Assembly: GCA_051546255.1 (NCBI GenBank)
Contig: CP128816.1
Location: 434,001 to 498,000, forward strand
Direction of reading: 5' to 3'
Source: Meyerozyma guilliermondii
Taxonomy: Eukaryota
Length of the DNA: 64,000 nt
A model generated the notes under the pieces. The model saw only the letters and a list, made by a program, of their open reading frames with translations, had not been told where the DNA came from and made no database searches. Made by a program: the position numbers and the translations under genes. Shown here piece after piece: positions 30,126 through 41,497 of the stretch (position 1 is its first letter; every line of letters starts with the position of its first letter).

Positions 30126-32942
30126 TTATGTACGGAATCCTAGCGAGTTCTTGATCTTGGTTAATGTCTCCCCTTGCTTCTGTTCCCGCTGTTCTTCGAT
30201 CTCGATATCCTCATTCATCATCACCGGTGCTGGCGTGCTATCCACGTCTTTACGGGCTTGTTCTACCTTGGTTGGGTCTCCGGAAATTGACTCAATGTTG
30301 TTAACCTCTTCCATCAAGGCGCCCAAATCGAAGATTGGTTCTGGAGCGGGAGGTTCCTTGTTTGTACTCTCATCGTACTCGTACTCCTCCTTGGTGTTGT
30401 TTTGCGGCTGCTCTTTATTTGCAGTAGCAGCAGCGCCGGCTTCGGTCCACCAATCTTTCTCTTTAGGTTTAAACCAACTTCTCCATCCGGTTCCTCCTCT
30501 TCCTTCCTTATGCTTCATTTCTTCTTCCATCTTTGCTTTCGCCTCGTCAAACTCACTCAAAAGCTTCCTCGTTCTCTCGCCTTGTTCAGGATCTGGTTCT
30601 TCAATTTCAGCAAACTCTTCACTCAAAACCTCCCAGTTCATCTTCTTGAGAATCTTAGGAATGGCCGTTCTGTACGCCATATGGCCATCAACCAACTCGG
30701 AACAGTCGATGTTTTCCACGCCAAAAACATTGTCAATGGGCAGAAGTCCTGCTACACTCAGAAGTCCTCCAGAAGTTGCTCTGAACAAATACCCCAAAAT
30801 CCAGTCGTTTTTGGAGTACCCGTTAACAAACCGACCACTGACCACAGACCGAGCAAGTGCCATTTGATCCACCTTGACAGCTATCGGACTTCCAAGAATA
30901 ATGACATTTTCAATTAAGCCAAAAACTCCTCTTTTAGCCAACTCCATGAGACAGGAATAAATAAGACGAGCTCCCAAGGAGAACCCTACCAAGGTTATAG
31001 GACGAACTCCCATATTCCCAGAAATCAACGTATCAGCCATAATCTTTCCTCCTTTCCATGCTCTATCCAACGAAACATTCCACGGATTATCAAGCAAGTA
31101 AGAAAGCTTGGAGATGGCCATGGGAAGTTGAATTGCAGCCATCAACGTGGTGAGAATCGTGGCTCCCAAAATTTGCTGGATAGAAGTGCTCAATGCTTCA
31201 CTAGCAAGAATGCCAATTGTTTGTCCCATAGACTGCAACATTTCTGGTTCCCAAAGCAACGAGAACATGTCACCCATGACTGGATCTACCGTAGAAAACG
31301 GCAAACGAACATCATCCGCCTTACCGTTCATCCATCCACTCACAGTAATGATAAGATTTGTACGCCGGTTGTTGTGCAATGGCTTGAGTTCAAACGTTTG
31401 AACTTCTCCAAGTCGACGAGAACCAGCCTTGTGGCCAATTCTAGCTCCTGTGATCACACCACCAGTTGAAATAATTACCGAACCTCCTACCCCTGCCAAG
31501 AATCCACCGGTACCACTAATTCCAACAGTTGTGAGTCCAGCGGCCACACCGGCTCCAATGACCGGTGCTAGTAAACCAGCAGAAAGACCAATAGCAAGCG
31601 ACCCTCCGAGAGTTGCGAGGCCAATATAGGCCAAGCGCTTCTTTCGATTTTTCTTCATATGGCGCTCGATAAACTGCCGATCAGCTAATTTCTCGTCGTT
31701 GGTTTCGATCGACTTACCCTGGGTTTCGATCTCAAGACTGTCTATGAGTCTCCTCTCAAACTGAAGCACTTCCAACTCTTCAATTTCCAAGTACTTGGCG
31801 AAGCGAATAATGAGCGACCGGGATCTGCTATCGTAGTAGCCATCGCTAATGAGCACCAAAAAGAGATCACATACAAGAGCCCACCGGAGATCGAAACCAG
31901 GAATCTTGATTTTGGAGGAGCCACTTACTTCTTTATCCATCAAAGACCGCAGCAAATCTTCCACTTCCAAACCATGAATGGCTAAATTTTCTATCATTTT
32001 CCTCTCCTGTTGAGAAAGCTCAATATGCTCATAAAGCTTTCCGCTGATGTAAAGAGTCCAATTGGAGAAGTTTTTCTGGCCATTACTCAACTCCTTGCCA
32101 ATGCTGTTTGATGCCGTTTGCTTGATCTGAGCCAACTCGGTTGCCATATCCACCATAATAAGTTTGGCGATGCCCAAATATGCGAATCTTTGCGAGTCAG
32201 AAAGCATGTCTTTGGTAGCACGCAACTGGTCCCCAGAGTCCACCATATCCTCCGCGTCGTACTCCAAATCCGAGTCGATGTCTTCTTTGCGGTACGAGGC
32301 AACCTTTTGGGGATCCTCGTGCTCCAGAGGCCGAAATAAAAAGTCCGTCTTCTTGTCGAGCTCAGCATATTTAGCCACCTGCTCTTCGGTGTCAATCTTA
32401 GTGTATCCACGAGAACCTGCTCCTGGATTAAACTGATTGAACTTGTCTAGAGCCTGAAACTCAAGCTCACCACGTTCGTCGTAGTAGTCGATATCTGTAA
32501 CCGTCTTCATTTGCTTCCATCCAGTGGACGAGAAAAAGTCCTCAGATTGGGTTCCCGGAGCCGTGGTTTCTTCTTCATTCTCCAATTCGTCGTTGTGGGT
32601 GGCTATCGGGGGTTCTTCTGGCTCAATCTTGGTCGGTTCGAATGTTCTTTGAAGGGTCTGCGGTGACCGAGCTCGCCGGTGGTACCTATTTTCCTCGTCC
32701 AAACCACTCATGTCGAACTCCACAAAGTTATTAGAGGCCACGGAGACGTTCTGAGTGTCGTCGGCATCGGAATCGTCATCATTCCGGCTTGTATCCGGTA
32801 AACTAGGAAGAACGGAAACACTCGTTTTCGACCCGAAATCCGACCCGCCATCACCAGAATAAGGAGGCCGCGGCCGCGAGCCCCCGTAGGATGTGTCCAT
32901 GTGGAGAATCAGACCCTCACTGGAATTGTAGTTCAAGTCCAT
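30126..32942 (-). CDS. MIL1: DUF726 lipase-like membrane protein (YFL034W)
   Basis: GYYDSRSR, GLATLGGSLAIGLSAGLLAP, RPITLVGFSLGAR nucleophile motif. Confidence 0.9.
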   Translation of the reverse strand: MDLNYNSSEGLILHMDTSYGGSRPRPPYSGDGGSDFGSKTSVSVLPSLPDTSRNDDDSDADDTQNVSVASNNFVEFDMSGLDEENRYHRRARSPQTLQRTFEPTKIEPEEPPIATHNDELENEEETTAPGTQSEDFFSSTGWKQMKTVTDIDYYDERGELEFQALDKFNQFNPGAGSRGYTKIDTEEQVAKYAELDKKTDFLFRPLEHEDPQKVASYRKEDIDSDLEYDAEDMVDSGDQLRATKDMLSDSQRFAYLGIAKLIMVDMATELAQIKQTASNSIGKELSNGQKNFSNWTLYISGKLYEHIELSQQERKMIENLAIHGLEVEDLLRSLMDKEVSGSSKIKIPGFDLRWALVCDLFLVLISDGYYDSRSRSLIIRFAKYLEIEELEVLQFERRLIDSLEIETQGKSIETNDEKLADRQFIERHMKKNRKKRLAYIGLATLGGSLAIGLSAGLLAPVIGAGVAAGLTTVGISGTGGFLAGVGGSVIISTGGVITGARIGHKAGSRRLGEVQTFELKPLHNNRRTNLIITVSGWMNGKADDVRLPFSTVDPVMGDMFSLLWEPEMLQSMGQTIGILASEALSTSIQQILGATILTTLMAAIQLPMAISKLSYLLDNPWNVSLDRAWKGGKIMADTLISGNMGVRPITLVGFSLGARLIYSCLMELAKRGVFGLIENVIILGSPIAVKVDQMALARSVVSGRFVNGYSKNDWILGYLFRATSGGLLSVAGLLPIDNVFGVENIDCSELVDGHMAYRTAIPKILKKMNWEVLSEEFAEIEEPDPEQGERTRKLLSEFDEAKAKMEEEMKHKEGRGGTGWRSWFKPKEKDWWTEAGAAATANKEQPQNNTKEEYEYDESTNKEPPAPEPIFDLGALMEEVNNIESISGDPTKVEQARKDVDSTPAPVMMNEDIEIEEQREQKQGETLTKIKNSLGFRT

Positions 32943-33007
32943 AAAAAAAAGTCACCGTGAGTTCCGTAGGATAAGAAGTCACCTACACCCGATAGTACGC
33001 GAAGACC

Positions 33008-33020
33008 GGTGTGTGGGTGT
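33008..33020. promoter_or_regulatory. Rap1-type binding site GGTGTGTGGGTGT
   Basis: Exact 13-mer (ACACCCACACACC on the minus strand), 65 bp upstream of the MIL1 ATG. Confidence 0.5.
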
Positions 33021-33803
33021 ACTGAAGACCAAGGCTACAGATCAAAAACCAACGCTACAAATTCAAACCATCGCTACAAACTACAGTCTACAAATGTCCG
33101 CAACATGGTTTTACTCAACACGCCATCAGCCAAATGGCCGTCGCAGAGTCCAGGAATATGTTGCTACAGGCAAACGACCGAGCTCATCGCAATATCCGCA
33201 ACACGAAATCGCACTGCGAAAATCACGAGAGCTCAAGGCCAACCTGCTTACTATACAATCTGTCGATGGAGCTACTCTGTACAACTGCTTGCGCTCGTCC
33301 GCCCACACTACCAACCCAGCAACGCACAACCACCTCTTCCACAACCCACGGCCGCTCAACCCCAAAAGTGAGGGACCAGCTATGAATTGCAGCGTCTACG
33401 ATGGTTGACGTCATGGAACAGAGTCCCATCAAGGCCGAGTTTGTAGGTGGAAACGGAACATGTACTTGCTTCTCGAGCACCGGGCTGCTGCCCTAGCCAT
33501 CTACAACGGGCCACGAACAACCCGAAGATTTAGAACGCGGCCCATTGAGCGGTTTCAGACAGCACAGATTGATGGAGAAAAAAGTTGCAAATCGCACTTT
33601 TTTATAGCGCGCGATGGACGGCCGGGTAACCCGCTCCCCCGGCTGCAAGACCGATGAGATGGCTACCGGTTTGATTTCCGGTGGTAACAGTGCATTGACA
33701 CATTTGTGCAGCAGAGCATTTCCTGATTGGGCCCTTTTTGCAACCATTTACAACCTTTAGGTTCTGCCTGACTTTTCCTGCTTGTTCGTCCCCTTGGTTG
33801 CAA

Positions 33804-34760
33804 ATGAGTAGACGTGCTGCTAGGTATCAGGCCAAAAAAATAGCTGAAGAATCAGTAATTGAAGAAAATAATAACGACCTGCTTGCATTCAAATCACCCC
33901 ATTGTCTCGACCCAAATACAATTCTTCAGCTTTTCACTGCATGTTTTCGTTCAATTCTTGAATCTCCAGATTTGCAACAACATATCCAAATCGTTAAGGA
34001 ACGCTTGTACCATCGTGACTACCTCGCTGCATTTGATAACGACGACAAGAGATTTGCTTATGCTTCTCGATGGTCTCCCGCTCGAGCTTTGGCATATGCT
34101 TCTTTATTTTCTGCAATGGATCCAGTCCGAGACTTGTTTTCAGACCCAGAAAACACCTGTCGTGTACTTTGCGTGGGAGGAGGAGCACTGTCTGAACTCG
34201 TTGCATTAGCAGCATTATTTGCTCGATCAAAGGAACATTATTCAACTTCACCTTCTAATCTCGATATGACAATAGTGGACATTGCAGACTGGAATACCGT
34301 TGTTTCTAATCTTTCCGCACACATCAGGTCCAAGTGGGTATATAAACCTGAAAGTTTTAATGCCAGCTTCTTGCACAAAGATATACTCAGTTTGGAACTT
34401 GACTACTCATCAATGGACCTTGTCACCCTCTTGTTCACCACGAACGAGCTTTTCTGTGAAAAACGCTCGGAAACAGTCAAGTTTCTCCAGCGCTTAAACT
34501 CTCAATGTCATAGTGGTTCATTGCTTCTTATCGCTGAAAGTGCTGGCTCATATTCGCATATAACTATAGGAAGCAAAAAATTTCCGGTTCAGTTTCTTGT
34601 GGACACTATCCTTGTGGGAAGACCAGATGCCAATGATGGAGCATGGGAAATAATACAGCTGAGTGAGAGTTGCTGGTACAGAGTGGACACTCGAGAAGTT
34701 ACTTATGATATGAAATTGGAAAATATGCGGTTCTTCTATAGATTGTATAGAAAAAGGTGA
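33804..34760 (+). CDS. BMT6: 25S rRNA uridine-N3 methyltransferase
   Basis: YASRWSPARALAY, VLCVGGGA(S)SELVAL, LFTTNELF, ESAGSYS, LENMRFFYRLY; ATG at 33804; PAC core at 33653. Confidence 0.9.
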   Translation: MSRRAARYQAKKIAEESVIEENNNDLLAFKSPHCLDPNTILQLFTACFRSILESPDLQQHIQIVKERLYHRDYLAAFDNDDKRFAYASRWSPARALAYASLFSAMDPVRDLFSDPENTCRVLCVGGGALSELVALAALFARSKEHYSTSPSNLDMTIVDIADWNTVVSNLSAHIRSKWVYKPESFNASFLHKDILSLELDYSSMDLVTLLFTTNELFCEKRSETVKFLQRLNSQCHSGSLLLIAESAGSYSHITIGSKKFPVQFLVDTILVGRPDANDGAWEIIQLSESCWYRVDTREVTYDMKLENMRFFYRLYRKR

Positions 34761-34766
34761 AAACTG

Positions 34767-35786
34767 CTATATTTTGAGTTTATCAAGATGCGCTTCAAGC
34801 TCAGTATCTTCCTTGTTTTTATCTTTTTGCTTGTCTTTAACTTTCGTCTTGTCTTCAACTTCAGTTTTCTTCTCACTTCCTTCTTCTGAACTGTGGTTTT
34901 CCTCCTCAATATCTTTTGCAATCTTCTTACTCTCCTCCTCAGCAGTGAGCTCTGGTTTATGGTACTTGAGCCTATCTTTTTCAATTAAGGATTCAAGTTC
35001 CTTCTCCCATCCAAGTAGCTCACACAAGAGCAGCAGCACTTTATCGCAATCTTCTAACAACACAATATCCTTCGTGCTTTTATTATGCTTGAAGCTACCT
35101 ACTGGCTCCTTATTGATCAAAAGTCGATGAGTTTTCCGATGCAATTGTTCAGGTAACCCTGCAAATGGATGTACTGTCAAAGAAGTTCCTGCCACAATGG
35201 CCAACTCAATCTCGTCTTCATCTTCGTCCCACTTTTCAAACAATTTTTCGGGCAAAGCTTCTCCAAAAAATACAATATCAGGCTTGACATAACCTTTGCA
35301 TTTGGCACAGATTGGAATGCTATCTTTTTTGTCGTTTATATGTCTTTTAAGTTCTTCAGTGGACATTTCATTATGACAGTCAATGCAATGACAATTGGCA
35401 AAAGAGCCATGGGCTTCGACTATAAATTCATCGTCGACTCCAGCGAGTCTTTCGAGAGTGTCAATGTTCTGAGTGTATACCCTTTTTAGCACTTTTTTAT
35501 CCTGAAACAATTTTAACATGTAATGGTACTTTGTGGGCATGAACTTGCCCGGAAATAGCTCACTTGCCAATGTGTAAAATGCCTTAGGATTTTCCCGAAA
35601 GTAATCAATGTCAAAAACTGCTTCGGCATATGGTAAGTTGAGTTTGGCGAGATTCGCATAAAGACCAGTCTTTGGACTTCGAAAGTCGGGAATCCCAGCA
35701 TTGGTGGAGATTCCCGCACCCTGAAAGAACGTCACTTTCTTTCCGCTTTTTATAGCCTCGACAATTGGTTGCAACACTTGTTCCAT
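34767..35786 (-). CDS. HST2: Cytoplasmic sirtuin NAD-dependent deacetylase
   Basis: GAGISTNAGIPDFRS, YTQNIDTLE, EAHGSF, CxxC...CxxC, KPDIVFFGE; ATG at 35786. Confidence 0.93.
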   Translation of the reverse strand: MEQVLQPIVEAIKSGKKVTFFQGAGISTNAGIPDFRSPKTGLYANLAKLNLPYAEAVFDIDYFRENPKAFYTLASELFPGKFMPTKYHYMLKLFQDKKVLKRVYTQNIDTLERLAGVDDEFIVEAHGSFANCHCIDCHNEMSTEELKRHINDKKDSIPICAKCKGYVKPDIVFFGEALPEKLFEKWDEDEDEIELAIVAGTSLTVHPFAGLPEQLHRKTHRLLINKEPVGSFKHNKSTKDIVLLEDCDKVLLLLCELLGWEKELESLIEKDRLKYHKPELTAEEESKKIAKDIEEENHSSEEGSEKKTEVEDKTKVKDKQKDKNKEDTELEAHLDKLKI

Positions 35787-35884
35787 ATTCGGTACCCCAG
35801 ATTGCTGTGCAGAAACTTGCGTTCGCCGCCACACACCGCATCTGTCAAAAGTCCGACGAGGGTAGATTATTGCGACTTCCGACC

Positions 35885-38800
35885 ATGAAGGTATGTTTGT
35901 TGCCGCTCATCAACTTTTCACAATACTAACTTAGCAACGGATTACAGGACTAGATCTCCAGATCCTCACTTCTGAACTAGAAAAGAATTTGACTGGTTAC
36001 CGCCTACAAAACATATACAATGTGGCGAGCTCACCGAGACAGTTTCTATTGAAATTTTCAGTTCCCGATTCCAAAAAACTAGTGGTTCTAGATTGTGGAA
36101 ATAAGATATATTTGACCGACTTTGAGCGCCCTACGACCCAAACTCCTTCGAATTTCGTTACAAAGTTGAGAAAACATTTGAAGACTCGCCGTCTTTCTCT
36201 GATAAAGCAAATTAAAAATGATAGAATATTGGTGTTGAACTTTAGCGATGGCCAGTTTTACTTGGTGTTGGAATTTTTCAGTGCTGGAAATATTCTTTTG
36301 TTGGACGAAGAGCAAAAGATCTTGTCGCTTCAACGAATGGTATCGGATAAGGGAGATAACGATCGTTATGCCGTAAATGAGACTTACAAGATGTTTGACA
36401 AAAATTTATTCACCGAGCTGCTGGAGGACAAGCTCCAAACTTTTTCGGCTGATCAGGTTAGGACATGGATCCAGCTGCACAGAGAAGCAATCCATAAGAA
36501 GGCACAAGATCCTTCGCTGTCCAAGAAGAAAAAACAAGTTTATTCTCTTCACAAATTACTTTTCGTCAACTCAAGTCATCTTCCAAGTGAGATGATTCTT
36601 AGAAATTTGCATTATGTTGGTGTGGTAGGAAACCAAAGCTGTCTTGAATTCGAAGATAAGGATCTCGAATCGGTAGTTGAAGCGTTGAAAAATTCAGATA
36701 ATGAATATCGCAACTTGGTTTCGTCTTTGGGGACGGAGGTTACTGGCATTATAGTTTCCAAGAAAAACCCAGCGTTTGAACCAAGTGACGATAACAAGGA
36801 TCTCGAGTACTTGTACGACGAATTCCACCCGTTTAAACCGTATAAAGAGAACTTGGAGCTGTTTAAATTCACCGAAATTAGAGGATACAACAAAACGGTC
36901 GATACATTTTTTTCCACCTTGGATTCGAAGAAGCATGAACTACGCATGGAGCAGCAGAAACACAATGCCAAAAAGAGGCTCTTGAATGCTCGCGAGGAAA
37001 GAGACAAGCAAATCGACAATTTGCGGATTCAACAGGAAATGAACTCCAAAAAAGGAGATGCTATAATTTACCACGCAGACTTGGTTTCTGAATGCATAGC
37101 CTCGGTCCAGACTTTGCTCGACCAGCAAATGGACTGGGCAAACATTGAGAGCTTAATCAAGCTTGAGCAGTCTAGAGGCAATTCTGTTGCCAAAACAATC
37201 AAACTTCCATTGAATTTGACCGAAAACAAAATTGGGTTAAAGTTGCCAGACACAGATTCTATGTACGATCCTGCGGATATCGATAGCGAGCTGGATTCTG
37301 AAACTAGTTCCGAATCCGAAACCGAATCTGAGTCTGAATCTGAATCGGGTTCTGAGTCTGAAGACGAAACCCCACCAAAAAGGATGTCGAAAAAGGCCAA
37401 ATCCAAGGAAATTCCTGCACTCTCAGTATGGATAGACCTTCTGCTCTCGCCATTTGCGAACGCAAGAACATACTTTGAGTCCAAGAAGCAAGCTGAAAGC
37501 AAGCAGGAGAAAGTCGAGAAGAACACTGACATGGCTCTTCGTAATGCCCAGAAGAAAATTGAGCAAGATCTTGCCAAAAACTTGAAAAATGAAAACGAAA
37601 CCTTGCGCCAGGTAAGACCCAAGTACTGGTTTGAGAAGTTTTTCTGGTTTGTTTCCAGCGAGGGATACTTGTGTATTGCCGGTCGAGACGACGCTCAAGT
37701 TGACATGATATACTATCGTCATTTCAGCGACAATGATTTTTTCGTATCTTCAGACATTGAAGGCTCTTTGAAGGTGGTGGTGAAGAACCCTTACAGAGGT
37801 GAAGCTCTACCACCATATACGTTGATGCAAGCAGGTATGTTTGCAATGTCTGCTTCTGCCGCCTGGAATGGAAAGATAACTACATCGCCATGGTTTCTTG
37901 CTGGAAACGACGTTACAAAACTCGATTTCGATGGAAGTCTCGTACCTTCAGGAACCTTCAATTATAAAGGGAAAAAAGAATTTCTTCCTCCTACGCAGCT
38001 CGTGATGGGTCTTGGATTCTATTTCTTGGGTGACGACGACACCACAAAGAAGTATGGGGAAACTAGAATTACAAGGCAGAATGAAAGTGGGCTCAAAGTT
38101 GTGATGGACAATACGAAGCAAGATCTTGAAAAGTTGACTCTTTCTTTGGGAAGGGACAAGGAGGAAGAAAACGAAAGAGAGCAAAAAGAAGAAGAGAACG
38201 AGAAAGAGGAACAAAAAGAAGAAGAGGAAGACATGAACTTTGGGTCTCTGGCTCTGGAGATTGAAAATGTTTCGCAAACTACTTCTTCCATTTCTTTAGA
38301 TGAACCCCACAAATTGACCAGAGGAAAGCGGTCCAAAATGAAACGAGCTGCAAAGAAGTATGCTGACCAGGATGAAGACGAGCGCAAGTTACGCATGGAA
38401 ATGCTTGGAACCTTGAAGCAGCTTGAAGAGATCAAAAAGAAGAGACAAGAGAATGCTGACCAAGACAAGCAACAAGCTCAACAGCAGCAGAATGATAAAT
38501 TGAAGCAAACAAGAAAGGCCAAGCAGGAGCAAAGAGAGTATCTCAAGTATATGAGAGAAGAAGTAAACGAAGACGAATCTAGCATGGTGAATTATTTGGA
38601 TATTCTTGACAGTTTCATTGCGAAACCTCAACCGAGCGACAAATTGGTTGCAATAGTTCCAGTTTTCGCTCCATGGTATTCACTCAACAAGTTCAAGTAC
38701 AAGGTCAAGATTCAACCAGGCATGGCGAAGAAGGGTAAGAGCATCAATGAAACGTTGCACTACTTCACCACTCGTAAATTGGACCAGAGCCGCACCGACA

Positions 38801-38958
38801 TGGATGTCGATTGGCCCGATGAGCGAGCATTGGTTAGCGAAATTAAGCCCAACGATGTGATGGGATCTTTCACGGTCAACAAGCTCAAAGTGGTGTTACC
38901 CACGGAAAAGGGTAAGGAAACCAAAGGCAAAGGTGTCAAAAAAAAGGGGAAGAAATAA
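35885..38958 (+). CDS. RQC2: Ribosome quality control subunit (NEMF); exon 1 35885-35890, intron 35891-35934, exon 2 35935-38958
   Basis: Splicing restores MKQRITGLDLQ...GYRLQNIY; KLRKHLKTRRL, LEFFSAGN, WFEKFFWFVSSEGYL, KYKVKIQPG. Confidence 0.95.
35891..35934 (+). other. 44-nt spliceosomal intron in RQC2
   Basis: GTATGT donor, TACTAAC branch at 35924-35930, TAG acceptor at 35932-35934; in-frame join. Confidence 0.93.
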
Positions 38959-39218
38959 TTAGACGTATAGAGTGCATTGGTGTCCCAATAGGTACCTAAT
39001 TAAGACCCGATGTAGTGGTGTGTGCGGCGCATGGTGCATTGTGTCAATGCACGTTGTATACTCCTTTTCATAACCCACATGGGTAGCACTATATAAAGCG
39101 ACCCCAACGCTACTAATTGATTCCAAACTCAATTGATCCTGACTGAATTGAATTGAAAAATTCAAGTCGCATTCTGAATTCTTTCGAATAATTGAGTCGC
39201 ATTTTCATTTCAATTGTA

Positions 39219-40607
39219 ATGGTCGCTATTCAAAAAGCTCTCGTTCCCGGTCTCTACCTCGCATCCAATTATCGTGATGTTGCTACCCCCGAGCTAGCCG
39301 CCAGAGACCAGTACAACATTGTCAAGTACCTTGGAGGCGCTGGGCCTTATATTCAGTTTGAGGGCTTTGGAATTGACACAAATGTACCTGAACAATGTAC
39401 GGTGGAACTGGTTCAATTGTACATGAGACACGGCGAGAGGTTTCCTGGGTTGTCTGCTGGTCAACAGCAACATGCTTTGGTCAAAAAACTTCAAAATTAC
39501 AACAAAACCATTACCGGTCCATTATCGTTTTTGAATGACTACACCTACTATGTTCAAAACGAAGAAAACTACGAATTGGAAACCACACCCTGGAACACCA
39601 ATTCTCCTTACACTGGCTACGATACCGCAGTTAAGGCGGGCTCTGCTTTCAGAGCAAAGTACAACCACTTGTACAACGAAAACAAAACTTTACCAGTTTT
39701 CGCAGCCGCTTCTAAAAGAGTATACGACACTGGAAACTTCTTTGTTCAAGGATTCCTTGGTCCCGATTATCTGGACGAGTCGGTTGACCATGTAGTTCTC
39801 TCGGAGGAAGATTTTCTTGGAATTAATACTCTTGTACCTCGGTGGGGATGTAAGGCTTTCAATTCTTCGTCCAACGATGAACTTATAGCTCAATTTCCTA
39901 GCAATTATACCCAAGATATCGTCAAGCGGTTGACAGATGGTAACGACGGTTTGAATCTTACTACTAAGGATGTTTCTAACCTCTTTCAACTTTGTGCCTA
40001 TGAGCTCAGTGCTACTGGATACTCTCCATTCTGCGACATCTTTACTCAAGACGAATTGGTTTTGCACAGTTATGCCAGTGATCTTCAGTATTACTACACC
40101 TCTGGACCTGGAGGAAACCTCACCAGAACCGTAGGGGCCATTCAATTGAACGCTTCTTTGGCTTTGTTGAAACAAACTGAATCAGACAACAAAATCTGGT
40201 TGAGTTTTACTCACGATACTGATATTGAAATTTTCCATGCTGCTCTTGGTTTGTTTGATCCACTTGAACCTTTACCCGTCAACGAAACCCGCTTCAGAGA
40301 CATGTACCACCATGTGAATGTGGTTCCCATGGGTTCCAGAACCATTACTGAAAAGTTAAAGTGTGGAGACGAAACCTACGTAAGATTCATTATCAACGAT
40401 GCAGTTGTTCCTGTTCCAAAGTGTCAGGATGGACCAGGCTTCTCCTGTAAGCTTTCAGATTTTGAGAACTATGTTGCTGAGCGTTTAAGTGGTATCGACA
40501 TTGTGAAAGATTGTAAGGTTCCTGACGATGTTCCTCAAGAATTGACGTTCTACTGGGACTACCAGTCTGGACAGTACAATGCTACTGCCGAAAGAATTGT
40601 GCGATAG
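39219..40607 (+). CDS. Histidine acid phosphatase/phytase (PHO5/PHO11-like), probably secreted
   Basis: RHGERFP and FTHDTD catalytic motifs, YLGGAGPY, many N-x-S/T sites; TATATAAA at 39090 and Pho4-like CACGTT at 39050. Confidence 0.93.
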   Translation: MVAIQKALVPGLYLASNYRDVATPELAARDQYNIVKYLGGAGPYIQFEGFGIDTNVPEQCTVELVQLYMRHGERFPGLSAGQQQHALVKKLQNYNKTITGPLSFLNDYTYYVQNEENYELETTPWNTNSPYTGYDTAVKAGSAFRAKYNHLYNENKTLPVFAAASKRVYDTGNFFVQGFLGPDYLDESVDHVVLSEEDFLGINTLVPRWGCKAFNSSSNDELIAQFPSNYTQDIVKRLTDGNDGLNLTTKDVSNLFQLCAYELSATGYSPFCDIFTQDELVLHSYASDLQYYYTSGPGGNLTRTVGAIQLNASLALLKQTESDNKIWLSFTHDTDIEIFHAALGLFDPLEPLPVNETRFRDMYHHVNVVPMGSRTITEKLKCGDETYVRFIINDAVVPVPKCQDGPGFSCKLSDFENYVAERLSGIDIVKDCKVPDDVPQELTFYWDYQSGQYNATAERIVR

Positions 40608-41497
40608 GGGAAAGTGAAAGATGGAAAGAGTGAAAAATTATTGAGGGTTGGAAATCTTTTTCATGATAGAAGATTAATAAAATTGCTAGATATAAAGTTT
40701 GTGTAAAAGCCTGGAATCTTGGCGGTAAGCTCAAGTTAGTGAAGAAATTTTCTTGGTCTATCAGGATTTCTTACCCACATAATCAGCGATAACCAGGGTA
40801 ATCCCGTATCATCGACGAATGAGGAAATACGCCATATTTCTAAAAAATATTTCCTACGATATGCTAAATACACAGGATACCTGCTCAAAACGCCGTGTCT
40901 TCGGCCATTTCCCCGGCTCTTATTGCACTCCACACAAGCAACCCAAGACATGTGGCCGCAGGTTCCCTGCATTAGCGCCGCACCGCCCGCTATCTCTTGG
41001 AAATATTTTGTCGACGCCAAGATACTAAGCCCTCCGATAAGCGTACGATTCAGTAAAAGAAGGAATGGCATAATCATGAAAAGTTCTTGAAACTTCGTAC
41101 GGTGATAATTTTGCAGTTTGGTATGGTATGCACGAGATGCATATGACGTGCGTTTTGACGTTGACAGGGTGCAAAACGACGAAAAATATCAAGACTAAAA
41201 GAAGCCACTACAGCCCACTCCAAGCCCCAGCACGCCCACTACAATCCTATGAGCTATTACAATCCACTATCAGCCACAATTAAATGCAAAGTGTAAGCTG
41301 CAATCTTTAAGCTGCATTCGCATCTGATTGCCGATTGCTACGGACACCACAATAATCCTAAAGCCCCTCCGATAAAGCGGTTGCAATGGCGCCCACTTTT
41401 GGTGCCGTGCGATTTATGCACCTTTGTTCCAGAATTTTGCACCCAAGTTGTTCGGGTATATATTTGCACCAAAGAGCCCATTTCTAACTATCATACG

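Noticed and set aside
29998..30867. 289-aa plus ORF
   Set aside because: Antisense to MIL1; Ser/Phe-rich shadow composition.
32943..33803. Telomerase RNA gene suggested by the CAGTACACC template-like sequence
   Set aside because: Only about 70 nt lie 3' of it before the MIL1 start, too little for the downstream domains; the match is short and similar sequence occurs inside SEC65.
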